From IMG/VR virus record IMGVR_UViG_3300031463_000001, positions 60,899 through 124,898 of that record: a DNA stretch of 64,000 nucleotides. One strand, 5' to 3'. Positions 9,643 through 17,737 of this stretch are shown one piece after another. A program made the position numbers and the translations under genes. The number at the start of each line of letters is the position of its first letter. Position 1 is the stretch's first letter. Under the pieces are notes generated by a model, which saw nothing but the letters and a program-made list of their open reading frames with translations, ran no database searches and was not told the DNA's origin. The DNA comes from a virus.

Positions 9643-10154
9643 AATTTAACCTCTGGATGATCTTTTAAGAACTTATTTAATTTATGTTTCCTTTTAAGAA
9701 ACCAAACATAATCATCCAACCAAATTGACTTTATTATTACATTTTCTCCTTTAACAAATCTACCCTTTGATACATCCTTAGCATAATAATAAGAATAATA
9801 AGGATCTCTAGCAATAACATCCTCTCCTCTAATAAAAGGTTTATGTAAAACGTCTTTTGCATATATATAAGAATATTCAGAATTTTGAGCAATAGCATCT
9901 TCTCCTTTAGGCCAAGGTCCATGTAAAATATCTCTAGCATAATAGCAAGAACTCCATGGGTCGTGAGCAATGATATCCTCCCATTCATTTTTGATTTTTC
10001 CTCCAACTATTTTTCTAGCATATAAATGAGTTAAATAAGAATCTTTGACGATTGGAATTAGAGCCTCAGCCAATTCTTTATTTTTATTTACTAATGCATA
10101 TTTCAAAACTTCTCTAGCTTTATTTGAATCTTTTAACAAATCCACTATATTCAT
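9639..10154 (-). CDS. Repeat-protein family member
   Basis: N-cap, repeats and C-cap. Confidence 0.92.
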   Translation of the reverse strand: MNIVDLLKDSNKAREVLKYALVNKNKELAEALIPIVKDSYLTHLYARKIVGGKIKNEWEDIIAHDPWSSCYYARDILHGPWPKGEDAIAQNSEYSYIYAKDVLHKPFIRGEDVIARDPYYSYYYAKDVSKGRFVKGENVIIKSIWLDDYVWFLKRKHKLNKFLKDHPEVKL

Positions 10155-10589
10155 AATTTAACCTCTGGATGATCTTTTAAGAACTCATCTAGTTTACCTA
10201 TTTCTTTAAGAAACTTAATATACACATTTAACCACCTTGACTTTATTATTACACTCTCTCCTTTAATGAATCTTCTTTTTAATATATCTATAGCATAATA
10301 ATAAGAATGCCATGGATCTCTAGCAATAACATCCTCTCCTTTAATAAAAGGTTTATGTAAAACAGTATAAGCATAAGCATATTGCGGAATCAATATCTTG
10401 GGCAATTATATCTTCCCACTCATCCTTAATTTTACCTTTAACTATTTCTCTAACATATAAATAAGTTAAATAAGGATGTTTGGCTATAGGAATTAACATT
10501 TCAGCTAATTCTTTATTTTTATTTTCAATAGCCATTTCTAATGCTTCCTCTAATTTATTTGGATCTTTTAATAAATCTACTATATTCAT
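10151..10589 (-). pseudogene. Repeat-protein family member with a +1 frameshift near 10382
   Basis: Split into ORFs 10353-10589 and 10151-10405; removing one A from TCCGCAATATGCT gives QDIDSAYAYAYTVL, which matches the repeat register. Confidence 0.8.
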
Positions 10590-11023
10590 ATAGCCTCTGG
10601 ATGATCTTTTAAGAACTCTTCTAATTTATTTATTTTACTAAGAAACGTCTTATATTTATTCAACCAAAACTCCTTACTTACGATAACCTCTTCTCCCTCA
10701 ATGAATCTACCTTTTAGAATTTCTTTAGCATAACTATATGAGTATCCATCATTTTTAGCAAAAATCTTTTCACCTTTAGGGAATGGTCCTTTTAAAACAT
10801 TATACGCATAGGCATAGGACATATATATGCTTTGAATAAGTATATCTTCCCACTCATCTTTGATTTTTCCTTTAACTATATTACCTGCATAATAATAAGT
10901 TAACCAAGGATCTTTAACTATAGGAATCAATATCTCGGCTAATTTTTTGTTTTTATCATCAATGATTTTTTCTAATACTTTTTTGACTTTATTCGAATCT
11001 TTTAATAAATCTTCTATGTTCAT
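10586..11023 (-). CDS. Repeat-protein family member (first gene of the array)
   Basis: N-cap, repeats and C-cap EEFLKDHPEAI. Confidence 0.92.
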   Translation of the reverse strand: MNIEDLLKDSNKVKKVLEKIIDDKNKKLAEILIPIVKDPWLTYYYAGNIVKGKIKDEWEDILIQSIYMSYAYAYNVLKGPFPKGEKIFAKNDGYSYSYAKEILKGRFIEGEEVIVSKEFWLNKYKTFLSKINKLEEFLKDHPEAI

Positions 11024-11275
11024 AATAAATATACTAAAAAAGATTATAATTTATATCCTATAAGTTTCCCTATTAAAAACTTTTTTTTGAAGGATTTCTT
11101 TAAACATTATTATATAAATATAATAATCTTTTGTTATTTTTTTGGTTTTTTCTTAGATTCCTCTATAATCAATATTTGTTCTTATATTAAATTTAAAATA
11201 AAATATCTCTTTAAAAATTACCTTATTATTATATAATTACTTATTATAGATTAGTTTATAATAGATCTTATTATA

Positions 11276-11510
11276 AGAAGTATTTTTAGATAAGAATAAA
11301 CATTAGGAAGTATTTTTAGAATTAGAGATAACTTAGTGAGAGGTGGGATTTTGATTTAGAAGTTTCTTAGTGGGAGGTGGGATTTTGATTTAGAGATAAT
11401 TCTAGTAGGTTTTTAAAGTTTTGGCAGGTGGGAGTTTTAAAGTTTTGGTGGGAGTTTGGACCCGCCCAACCACTTCGATCCCACTTGGGTCTCATCCACT
11501 TAGTCCACCT
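11276..11510. repeat. Non-coding short direct repeats with GTGGG/CCAC motifs next to an AT-rich tract
   Basis: CTTAGTG(A/G)GAGGTGGGATTTTGATTTAGA at 11332 and 11366; TTTTAAAGTTTTGG at 11411 and 11435; GAAGTATTTTTAGA twice; switches to C-rich CCACTT repeats at about 11461. Confidence 0.75.
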
Positions 11511-11786
11511 AATTTAAGATCCAAAACCCAAAAAAAGAATAGGAACCACCAACAAAGTACAACAGATAAGGAAGAGGAATTAAAGGAATTAGATAATTCG
11601 TTCGAGCTATAATAGCAAAATCGGAAGAAGTTATTAAAAAATAAATAGAATTTGTTTTGGGAGAAGAAAAAGGAATTAGGAATCAAAAATAAAAAACTAT
11701 TAAAAAACAAATAGAATTTGAAAATGGGATAAGATAGAATTTACCCTAGTGAAAACAAGGAAAGCACAAAAAAAATAGGATTTGGT

Positions 11787-12350
11787 TTAGGAAGGATTTT
11801 TTTCTAGTTCGAATTTTACCTCAGGCCAATTAGATATTGAAGTATTTAGAGTAGGATAATCTTTTAAGAAATCGTTTAATTTATTTATTTTTTTAAGGAA
11901 TTTTATATATTGATTTAACCAATAACGATAATTGATTAGTTTAGGCTCCCACACAAGAAACCTATCTTGTAATATTTCCTCAGTATAGGCTAGTGCGAAA
12001 TAGGGATCGTTTGAGATAGTTTCTTCTCCCATTTCCCATCTATGTTTAAGAACATATGCAGAATAAAAAAAAGCATCTTTTACTTGAGTGGCTATAATAG
12101 GTTCACCTTTAGGGAAAGGTTTATCTATATATCTAGCATAAAGATAGGAACTTTGGGAATCTCTAGCTACTATATCTTCCTCGTTATTGGTTAGAGATTG
12201 ATTTAAATCATGAGCAAATTTATATGTTAAATAAGGATCTTGAACTAGTGGGATTAAAGATTTGGCTAGCGAAATATCTTTATTACTGATAGTTTTAACG
12301 AGTAAAAGTCTTAGTGTTTCTTTATCTTTTAATAGATGGGACAGGTTCAT
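11787..12350 (-). CDS. Repeat-protein family member
   Basis: Likely start MNLSHLLKD at 12350; KPFPKGEPIIA repeats; LNDFLKDYP. Confidence 0.88.
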   Translation of the reverse strand: MNLSHLLKDKETLRLLLVKTISNKDISLAKSLIPLVQDPYLTYKFAHDLNQSLTNNEEDIVARDSQSSYLYARYIDKPFPKGEPIIATQVKDAFFYSAYVLKHRWEMGEETISNDPYFALAYTEEILQDRFLVWEPKLINYRYWLNQYIKFLKKINKLNDFLKDYPTLNTSISNWPEVKFELEKNPS

Positions 12351-12358
12351 AAAATCCT

Positions 12359-12730
12359 CTACCAAAGAAAACGAACATTTTCCAAATCCGATAAATCCTT
12401 TTTTATATGAGGCTCAATTACGTATTCAAATATTCTATATTTATTAGCTAGGCCACTACCAAGTTTCGAGATTAGGAAAAGGTTTTGTGGATGTGATTTT
12501 ATATAGTGTCTTAACTTAGAGATTTCATACTTATAAACAGCCGAATACTCATCAGGTTTAAAGAAAGCGTTATCTTCATTAGAAGGTTTCTTTTTTGTTA
12601 TAAAACCATAGGTATTAGGTTCTTCTCTTAAACTAGCTCCTCCACCTAAACCTATTCTTAAATAATTATCTCCGTAGACAAAGATGAAGTTGGGATGGGT
12701 TCTTAGAAATTCTCTAGTTATTTTTTTCAT
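12359..12730 (-). CDS. Conserved phage protein of unknown function (small alpha/beta fold)
   Basis: FVYGDN..R.G.GG.A.LR.EPN..G..TKK motif, recalled from other phage hypotheticals; probable start MKKITREF. Confidence 0.6.
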   Translation of the reverse strand: MKKITREFLRTHPNFIFVYGDNYLRIGLGGGASLREEPNTYGFITKKKPSNEDNAFFKPDEYSAVYKYEISKLRHYIKSHPQNLFLISKLGSGLANKYRIFEYVIEPHIKKDLSDLENVRFLW

Positions 12731-12941
12731 TCTTTTCTTCCTCTTCTTCAAAAAATATTTCACAATGTAATCTGTTGTGTTTATTGAGTTTAAGCCAATC
12801 AAGAATTTTTGAAATTGGATCGTTTATATCAAAAGTTTTTATTTGTGTCCAACTTTCCCAATCATTTTCGTTGATTTGGCTAGATGTTCTAAAGGAAGTT
12901 ATTGCTTTTAGTTTTTTCATTTCTTTCTCCTTGCTACCCAA
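12714..12941 (-). CDS. Hypothetical protein
   Basis: ORF coupled within the operon. Confidence 0.5.
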   Translation of the reverse strand: MGSKEKEMKKLKAITSFRTSSQINENDWESWTQIKTFDINDPISKILDWLKLNKHNRLHCEIFFEEEEEKNEKNN

Positions 12942-13111
12942 ACACGTTCTTCAAGACCTTCTTCTTTATCGAGATCGTAACCCAACTTCTCAAGTTCATC
13001 TCCAGAGTATGTTTTACCTAATACCAATTTAGAGTGAGTTTGTTTTTGGGGAGATCCCTTTAAAACTTTATAATTATCGTTACCTATATCTAGAACAAGA
13101 TATGTTTTCAT
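12917..13111 (-). CDS. Hypothetical protein
   Basis: AGGAGG RBS. Confidence 0.6.
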   Translation of the reverse strand: MKTYLVLDIGNDNYKVLKGSPQKQTHSKLVLGKTYSGDELEKLGYDLDKEEGLEERVWVARRKK

Positions 13112-13124
13112 ACTTTTCCTCCTA

Positions 13125-13385
13125 TTATTTAACTAGTATTGTATCTTTTATTATCCAGTATTCTCCATTCTCTAATAGATAAATATGATATACTCCTTTA
13201 AAGAGATTAAGTTTAAAGGGAGGTTGTTCTAGTATATTAGTAGTACGAGTTAGCTTAATTTTATATTTGGTTTTTGTATTAGGTGGCAGGATCGGAAAAC
13301 ATTTTTCGAATATAGTTACATTTCCTTCTATCTTTTTTCCTCCTATTTTTATTTTTGCATCCTTTAATCTTAATACCCACTCCAT
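13125..13385 (-). CDS. Hypothetical protein
   Basis: AGGAGGT RBS. Confidence 0.65.
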   Translation of the reverse strand: MEWVLRLKDAKIKIGGKKIEGNVTIFEKCFPILPPNTKTKYKIKLTRTTNILEQPPFKLNLFKGVYHIYLLENGEYWIIKDTILVK

Positions 13386-13393
13386 AACACCTC

Positions 13394-13630
13394 CTATTTA
13401 CTTTTCTTAATTAAATACTTCCTTACGTCTTCGTCAGAGGCGAAAGGAAGGGGGGTACCACAACTAGCACATATGAATTCTCCAGCTTCATATCTGTGGA
13501 TTTCTTTTTGAGTATATGATAACTTATTCTTTTTTAAACTTACTTTAAAGTATACAGAGCCATTTTCTACATACTCTATATCTTTGGCAGATCTTATTTC
13601 TGTTTCGCATTTAGGACATTTTATTTTCAT
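13394..13630 (-). CDS. Zinc-ribbon protein
   Basis: CPKC...CASC; AGGAGG RBS. Confidence 0.7.
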   Translation of the reverse strand: MKIKCPKCETEIRSAKDIEYVENGSVYFKVSLKKNKLSYTQKEIHRYEAGEFICASCGTPLPFASDEDVRKYLIKKSK

Positions 13631-13656
13631 AACCTATCCTCCTATATTTATAATAC

Positions 13657-14058
13657 TTAATGCCACCATAATCTTATGATAGTTAGATCTCCAGTATCAG
13701 TATCTCCCCATCGATTAAAGAGAGCCATCCTAGTTGATGGATCTGAGATACGAGATTCAGGTGGAGAAAGGGAAATAGTATTTATGTCAGAATACTCCCA
13801 ACCTTTGATTAACCTTTTAAATTTGTTTAGTTTTTTATTGGGTACGCTAACATACATCTCATCAGCATTATATACCCCTTGTGGGAGATCCCTAAGAATA
13901 ACTAAATCATGTAAACCAAACCTACCATATACTACCCCTTCCCAAAGATGGGAGTTATTGATTAAGTCTTTATATATTTTCTTTCCATCAAACCTATTAA
14001 ATGAGGTTTCTTTTATTAAGGTTAGGATAGCTTTTTGGATTTTATTTATTTCTTTCAT
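13657..14058 (-). CDS. Hypothetical protein (C-terminal RLWW motif)
   Basis: AGGAGG RBS; same strand as its neighbours. Confidence 0.65.
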   Translation of the reverse strand: MKEINKIQKAILTLIKETSFNRFDGKKIYKDLINNSHLWEGVVYGRFGLHDLVILRDLPQGVYNADEMYVSVPNKKLNKFKRLIKGWEYSDINTISLSPPESRISDPSTRMALFNRWGDTDTGDLTIIRLWWH

Positions 14059-14059
14059 T

Positions 14060-14785
14060 TCATCCTCCTATATTTAACTCGTTTTCTAAATTCTTTTTTA
14101 TTTTTGGATACTCATTTAAGAACTCTTCTAATTTGTTTATCTTTCTCAAAAAACTTATGTAATTGTTTAAATATGTTTTATTTTTCATAATTGATTTTTC
14201 TCCCTCTTTAAATCTATCTTTTAATATCTTGGTTGCATAAATAAATGAGGTATCTGATCTAGTGGATATAGCTTGTTCACCTTTTTCAAATTTACTATGC
14301 ATAATAAGTTGGGCATACTTTAATGATGATATCGGATCTTTAGATATTGTTTCCTCACCTTTCTCAAATCTACCCCCTATTATTTCTGTAGCATATTTAA
14401 GGGAGTAGAAAGATGATTTCGAAATACGATCTTCAGCTTTTTCGAATCTACCATATAATATATTTGAGGCATATTTTAAAGCTATATCCAAATCTTTTAT
14501 AAGAGTTTCCTCTGCTATAGGCCAACGATCCTTTATTACGTGTTCTATGTAATAGAAAGTTACCGTTGGACTTTTTAATATTTTCTTTTCTAATTCAATA
14601 TCCAACTTTTCTTTTTTATATGAAAGATAAACATATATATCATTTTCATCACCTACACCTTTTAATAGCATTCTAACTAGTTCTAAATCTTCTTTGTTTG
14701 GGATACCCCATTTATATAGTTTACTCTTTAATAAATCCTTTGCTTTGTCGGGATCTTTTATTAAATCCGTCATATTCATTTTCAT
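14060..14785 (-). CDS. Repeat-protein family member
   Basis: MNMTDLIKDP; YAxxIxxxRFEKGExxI repeats; KLEEFLNEYP. Confidence 0.9.
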   Translation of the reverse strand: MKMNMTDLIKDPDKAKDLLKSKLYKWGIPNKEDLELVRMLLKGVGDENDIYVYLSYKKEKLDIELEKKILKSPTVTFYYIEHVIKDRWPIAEETLIKDLDIALKYASNILYGRFEKAEDRISKSSFYSLKYATEIIGGRFEKGEETISKDPISSLKYAQLIMHSKFEKGEQAISTRSDTSFIYATKILKDRFKEGEKSIMKNKTYLNNYISFLRKINKLEEFLNEYPKIKKNLENELNIGG

Positions 14786-14851
14786 CTCCTTATTATATAT
14801 ACCTATTTCTTATTTTAAATTTTTAAAAGGAGGAGATCTTTTTCTTTCCAA

Positions 14852-15457
14852 TTATATTTCTTCTACTTTCTTTTCAATCAATTCCAATTTTTTATTTAAT
14901 ATATCTGTTCCAAACTCTTTAACAAACTCTTCCAATTTCTCTATCCTTTTTAAATATTTAAGATAAGGATATAAGAAACTTCCATCCTTTATTAACAACT
15001 TTTCATCCTCCTTATTCATCCTTTCTTTTTTATCATCATCCATATAATAAGTAACTATTTCAAAGAACTTATTTTCATCGAATACCCTATTTCTTTTCCC
15101 TTCGACTATTTCTTTTATAGTGAGGTACATATTGGAGATTGGATTCAAAGTATATTCGTTACAATTCTCAAAGTTGAATCCTTCTGGATCCGCCCAATAA
15201 TCAACCTCTCTTATATATTCTCCTTTCAATATCTCTACCACTTTTTCTTTCTTTAATCCTTTCATTAATTTCTCCGTTGGTACATCACTACATATAAACA
15301 TAGCCACTATTAATTTAACCTCATCTCCATCTTCCCCCTCATAGTCATTTATTAACGTCTTTAACTCTTTTTTTACTTCCAAGGCCTCCTTATCATATAA
15401 GACAAAGTCTCCTAAGGGGCCACTATTCATTACTTTTATTTTTTCTTCTATATTCAT
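14852..15457 (-). CDS. Acidic protein carrying the family C-cap (divergent member)
   Basis: YLKYLKRIEKLEEFVKEF; AGGAGG RBS. Confidence 0.7.
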   Translation of the reverse strand: MNIEEKIKVMNSGPLGDFVLYDKEALEVKKELKTLINDYEGEDGDEVKLIVAMFICSDVPTEKLMKGLKKEKVVEILKGEYIREVDYWADPEGFNFENCNEYTLNPISNMYLTIKEIVEGKRNRVFDENKFFEIVTYYMDDDKKERMNKEDEKLLIKDGSFLYPYLKYLKRIEKLEEFVKEFGTDILNKKLELIEKKVEEI

Positions 15458-15513
15458 ACTTCCTCCTTTTTTTATTATATATAATATTACTAATTATTAT
15501 TTTAAATTTTGTA

Positions 15514-15615
15514 GGATGGGAGAGCAGAAGAGAGAGAACAACTCTCCCATCCAATGGAGGACTTTTTGGGAGATGGGAAAGTAATAATAGGAGGACCGAG
15601 GTTACTTTCCCATCT
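15514..15615 (-). ncRNA. Putative double-hairpin antisense sRNA or 3'UTR element targeting MoxR and vWA translation-initiation regions
   Basis: Perfect 11-bp stem (15514-24/15542-52) and 14-bp stem (15571-84/15602-15), each with a 17-nt loop; loops and linker have exact 10-11-nt complementarity to 18805-15, 17740-49 and 18820-30. Confidence 0.6.
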
Positions 15616-15622
15616 AAATTTT

Positions 15623-16237
15623 TTAGAGATCCTCACAATTATATTCCTTTTCTAATTTGTTTACTAATTTTTTCATAGATTTAGGAAAGAAATTTTTTTC
15701 ATAGAAACATCTTATTACTGGATAGATGGATGGATATTCTTTTACAAATCTATCTAATTCGTTTTTCTTTTTTAATAATTTAAAATAATATTCAGCATAA
15801 CTATATCTTATATGAAGTACATCACTATCTTCTGTCACCTCAAAATCATCTAAATTATCTACTAGATAATCTACTATCATTTTTTCTACGTTCTTATCTT
15901 TTATATCTACTTCAAAATTACTTATATAATATAATGCTGTCTCAGGATCTTTCAATACTAAATCTTTTCCGATCCAATGTTCTGGATCTGGCTCAAGGTC
16001 AAAATTATACATATAAGCCCATGCGAGGTCTGGATCAGATAACATTTGTTTCATTTTATTTTCAGGGAATTCAATATCTATATTGTAATATATTTTATAG
16101 AGTAAGTTAGGATCATTTATGTGAGGTAACAAAGCTTTAATCATATCCTCTTTTTCTTTTTCTTCGTCATTGCTAAATATCTCCCAAACTACATCTTCTA
16201 TTTTTTTGGAGTCTCTTAATAACTCTTCTGTATTCAT
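15623..16237 (-). CDS. Divergent acidic repeat-family member
   Basis: MNTEELLRDS...ALLPHINDPNLLY N-cap; YFKLLKKKNELDRFVKEYP C-cap. Confidence 0.75.
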   Translation of the reverse strand: MNTEELLRDSKKIEDVVWEIFSNDEEKEKEDMIKALLPHINDPNLLYKIYYNIDIEFPENKMKQMLSDPDLAWAYMYNFDLEPDPEHWIGKDLVLKDPETALYYISNFEVDIKDKNVEKMIVDYLVDNLDDFEVTEDSDVLHIRYSYAEYYFKLLKKKNELDRFVKEYPSIYPVIRCFYEKNFFPKSMKKLVNKLEKEYNCEDL

Positions 16238-16429
16238 AACGTCCTCCTTTTTTATTTTTATTTTATAATTATAATACTAAATTAAACAAAATTTTTTATT
16301 TTTTTGTGAACCTGGGGATATGAAAAAATTAATTTAAAAACCCAAACTGAGGGTCTGGTTTTAAGGAATTAAGTTCGAAACTGATTTAAGAGAAGCTTTT
16401 TAGACCCACAGGACTGTTTAATTTTAGTT

Positions 16430-17737
16430 TCACTTCTCATCGAAGACTATCACTCGATGGTCACTCCTTTTCATTCCTTCTAATACCTTTTTCTCCTCCT
16501 CATTTTCGCACAGCCATACAATTTTGGGTTTGGGCCATTTTGTAACTCTCTGACTCCAATATCCATCTGTGACTCCAATTATGAGGTCAATCTCTTTTTC
16601 ATTCTCTTTCAACCAAGTAATGGCTGGCACAATATCAGTTCCACCTCCTCCAGCAAGTTCGACTTTATGTTTGACCTCCCAATCTTTGATCACCCTGAAG
16701 TTAACGTCAAACTCTATGAAGTATTTAACTTCTATTAATTCTTGAGAGATCATCTCTTTAATCCCTCTGATGACTCTCCCATAGAATTTATCACTCTCGA
16801 ATAGAGAGCCAGAAGTATCAAACAAGATCGCAACCCCTATCTTGCTCTCTTTCTTTTTCTTTCCTGGAATGACGATCTCATCATCATCATTCCTTCTATT
16901 AACTCTTGCGTAGCTGTTATCTGCGGTAGAAGGAAGAGTCCCAATTACATTCTTTAACACTTCCTTCCATTTCGCAGGTAACTTTTCTAGGAGGTCAAGA
17001 ATCCTAGATAACTCTCCAGGAAGTTTCCCAGCCAACTTATTCATCTCACTCTTGATTCCCTTCTTTACGTCTTCCTTTATTCTTTCTTTTTCTAAGGGAC
17101 TGTTTTTAAATTCGTCCCTCAGTTTCTCGTGATCGTCAACCGTTTGACGATCTCCTTTTTCTTCGCCCTCACCTCCTTCACCTCCTTCACCTTCTTCACC
17201 TCCTTCACTTCCTTCCTTCCCTTTACCTGCTCCGCTATTTTTCCCATTACATTTACCTCCCTGTGAAGGACAATCTTCATTAATTTTTATATTTTTCTGA
17301 AGTTTCATGAATATCTCTTCTGCGGAATCTTCCTCTTGGACTTCCTTATTGAATTGCCTCAGCCAATCGTGAGTCACAAAAGGCTTTCTACATAATAAGG
17401 GAAGATTCTGATTTATCGTAGCATCCTCAGCCCAGTTGGCCATCATATTCGAAGGTAATCTTTCAAAGTGTCCCATTGCCACATGGAGACACTCGTGCAT
17501 TACAATCTGGGCCAATAATTCTTCTCCATTAACATTTAGTTTGTGGGCCAATTCCTTCAATTTCTTTACATTGACCCACATTTTTTCTTTCCCAACACCC
17601 GCTGGGAAAGGGAGAGTGTCATCTCTAACAATCTCCCTCTTGGTCAGCACATAAACCAACGTGCGACCGTAGGTGGACCTAATTACTACGTTAGTAATTA
17701 GGTCCCTCAACTCTGAGTCTCGAATTTCCAGATTCAT
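16430..17737 (-). CDS. HEXXH metallopeptidase-like plus vWA domain protein (DUF2201-type)
   Basis: HECLH..GH, NWAEDATIN, Gly/Glu-rich linker, MIDAS DTSGS, GGGTD, TDG. Confidence 0.88.
   Translation of the reverse strand: MNLEIRDSELRDLITNVVIRSTYGRTLVYVLTKREIVRDDTLPFPAGVGKEKMWVNVKKLKELAHKLNVNGEELLAQIVMHECLHVAMGHFERLPSNMMANWAEDATINQNLPLLCRKPFVTHDWLRQFNKEVQEEDSAEEIFMKLQKNIKINEDCPSQGGKCNGKNSGAGKGKEGSEGGEEGEGGEGGEGEEKGDRQTVDDHEKLRDEFKNSPLEKERIKEDVKKGIKSEMNKLAGKLPGELSRILDLLEKLPAKWKEVLKNVIGTLPSTADNSYARVNRRNDDDEIVIPGKKKKESKIGVAILFDTSGSLFESDKFYGRVIRGIKEMISQELIEVKYFIEFDVNFRVIKDWEVKHKVELAGGGGTDIVPAITWLKENEKEIDLIIGVTDGYWSQRVTKWPKPKIVWLCENEEEKKVLEGMKRSDHRVIVFDEK

Noticed and set aside
7224-10006. Alternative-frame and opposite-strand ORFs (7224, 7580, 8386, 9014, 9737; similarly 13676, 17436, 19677, 36541, 40963, 56207 and 63764)
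   Set aside because: Shadows of well-supported genes; the recurring Leu/Met-rich frames simply mirror the repeat codons.
5849-11023. Diversity-generating retroelement acting on the repeat genes
   Set aside because: No reverse transcriptase in the window, no non-coding template repeat seen, and variation is not obviously adenine-specific. It cannot be excluded outside the window.
11276-11460. CRISPR array
   Set aside because: Only two copies of each repeat, separated by a few nucleotides, with no 25-45-nt unique spacers.
11421-11710. ORFs 11421-11612 (+) and 11492-11710 (-)
   Set aside because: Low-complexity translations of repeat DNA with no convincing RBS.
15514-15615. Simple pair of intrinsic terminators
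   Set aside because: The 17-nt loops are long for terminators, there is no minus-strand U-tract after either stem, and termination alone does not explain the three target matches.
16340-16420. tRNA gene (GTTCGAA T-loop-like word)
   Set aside because: No cloverleaf could be built around it; I recognised no tRNA anywhere in the window.
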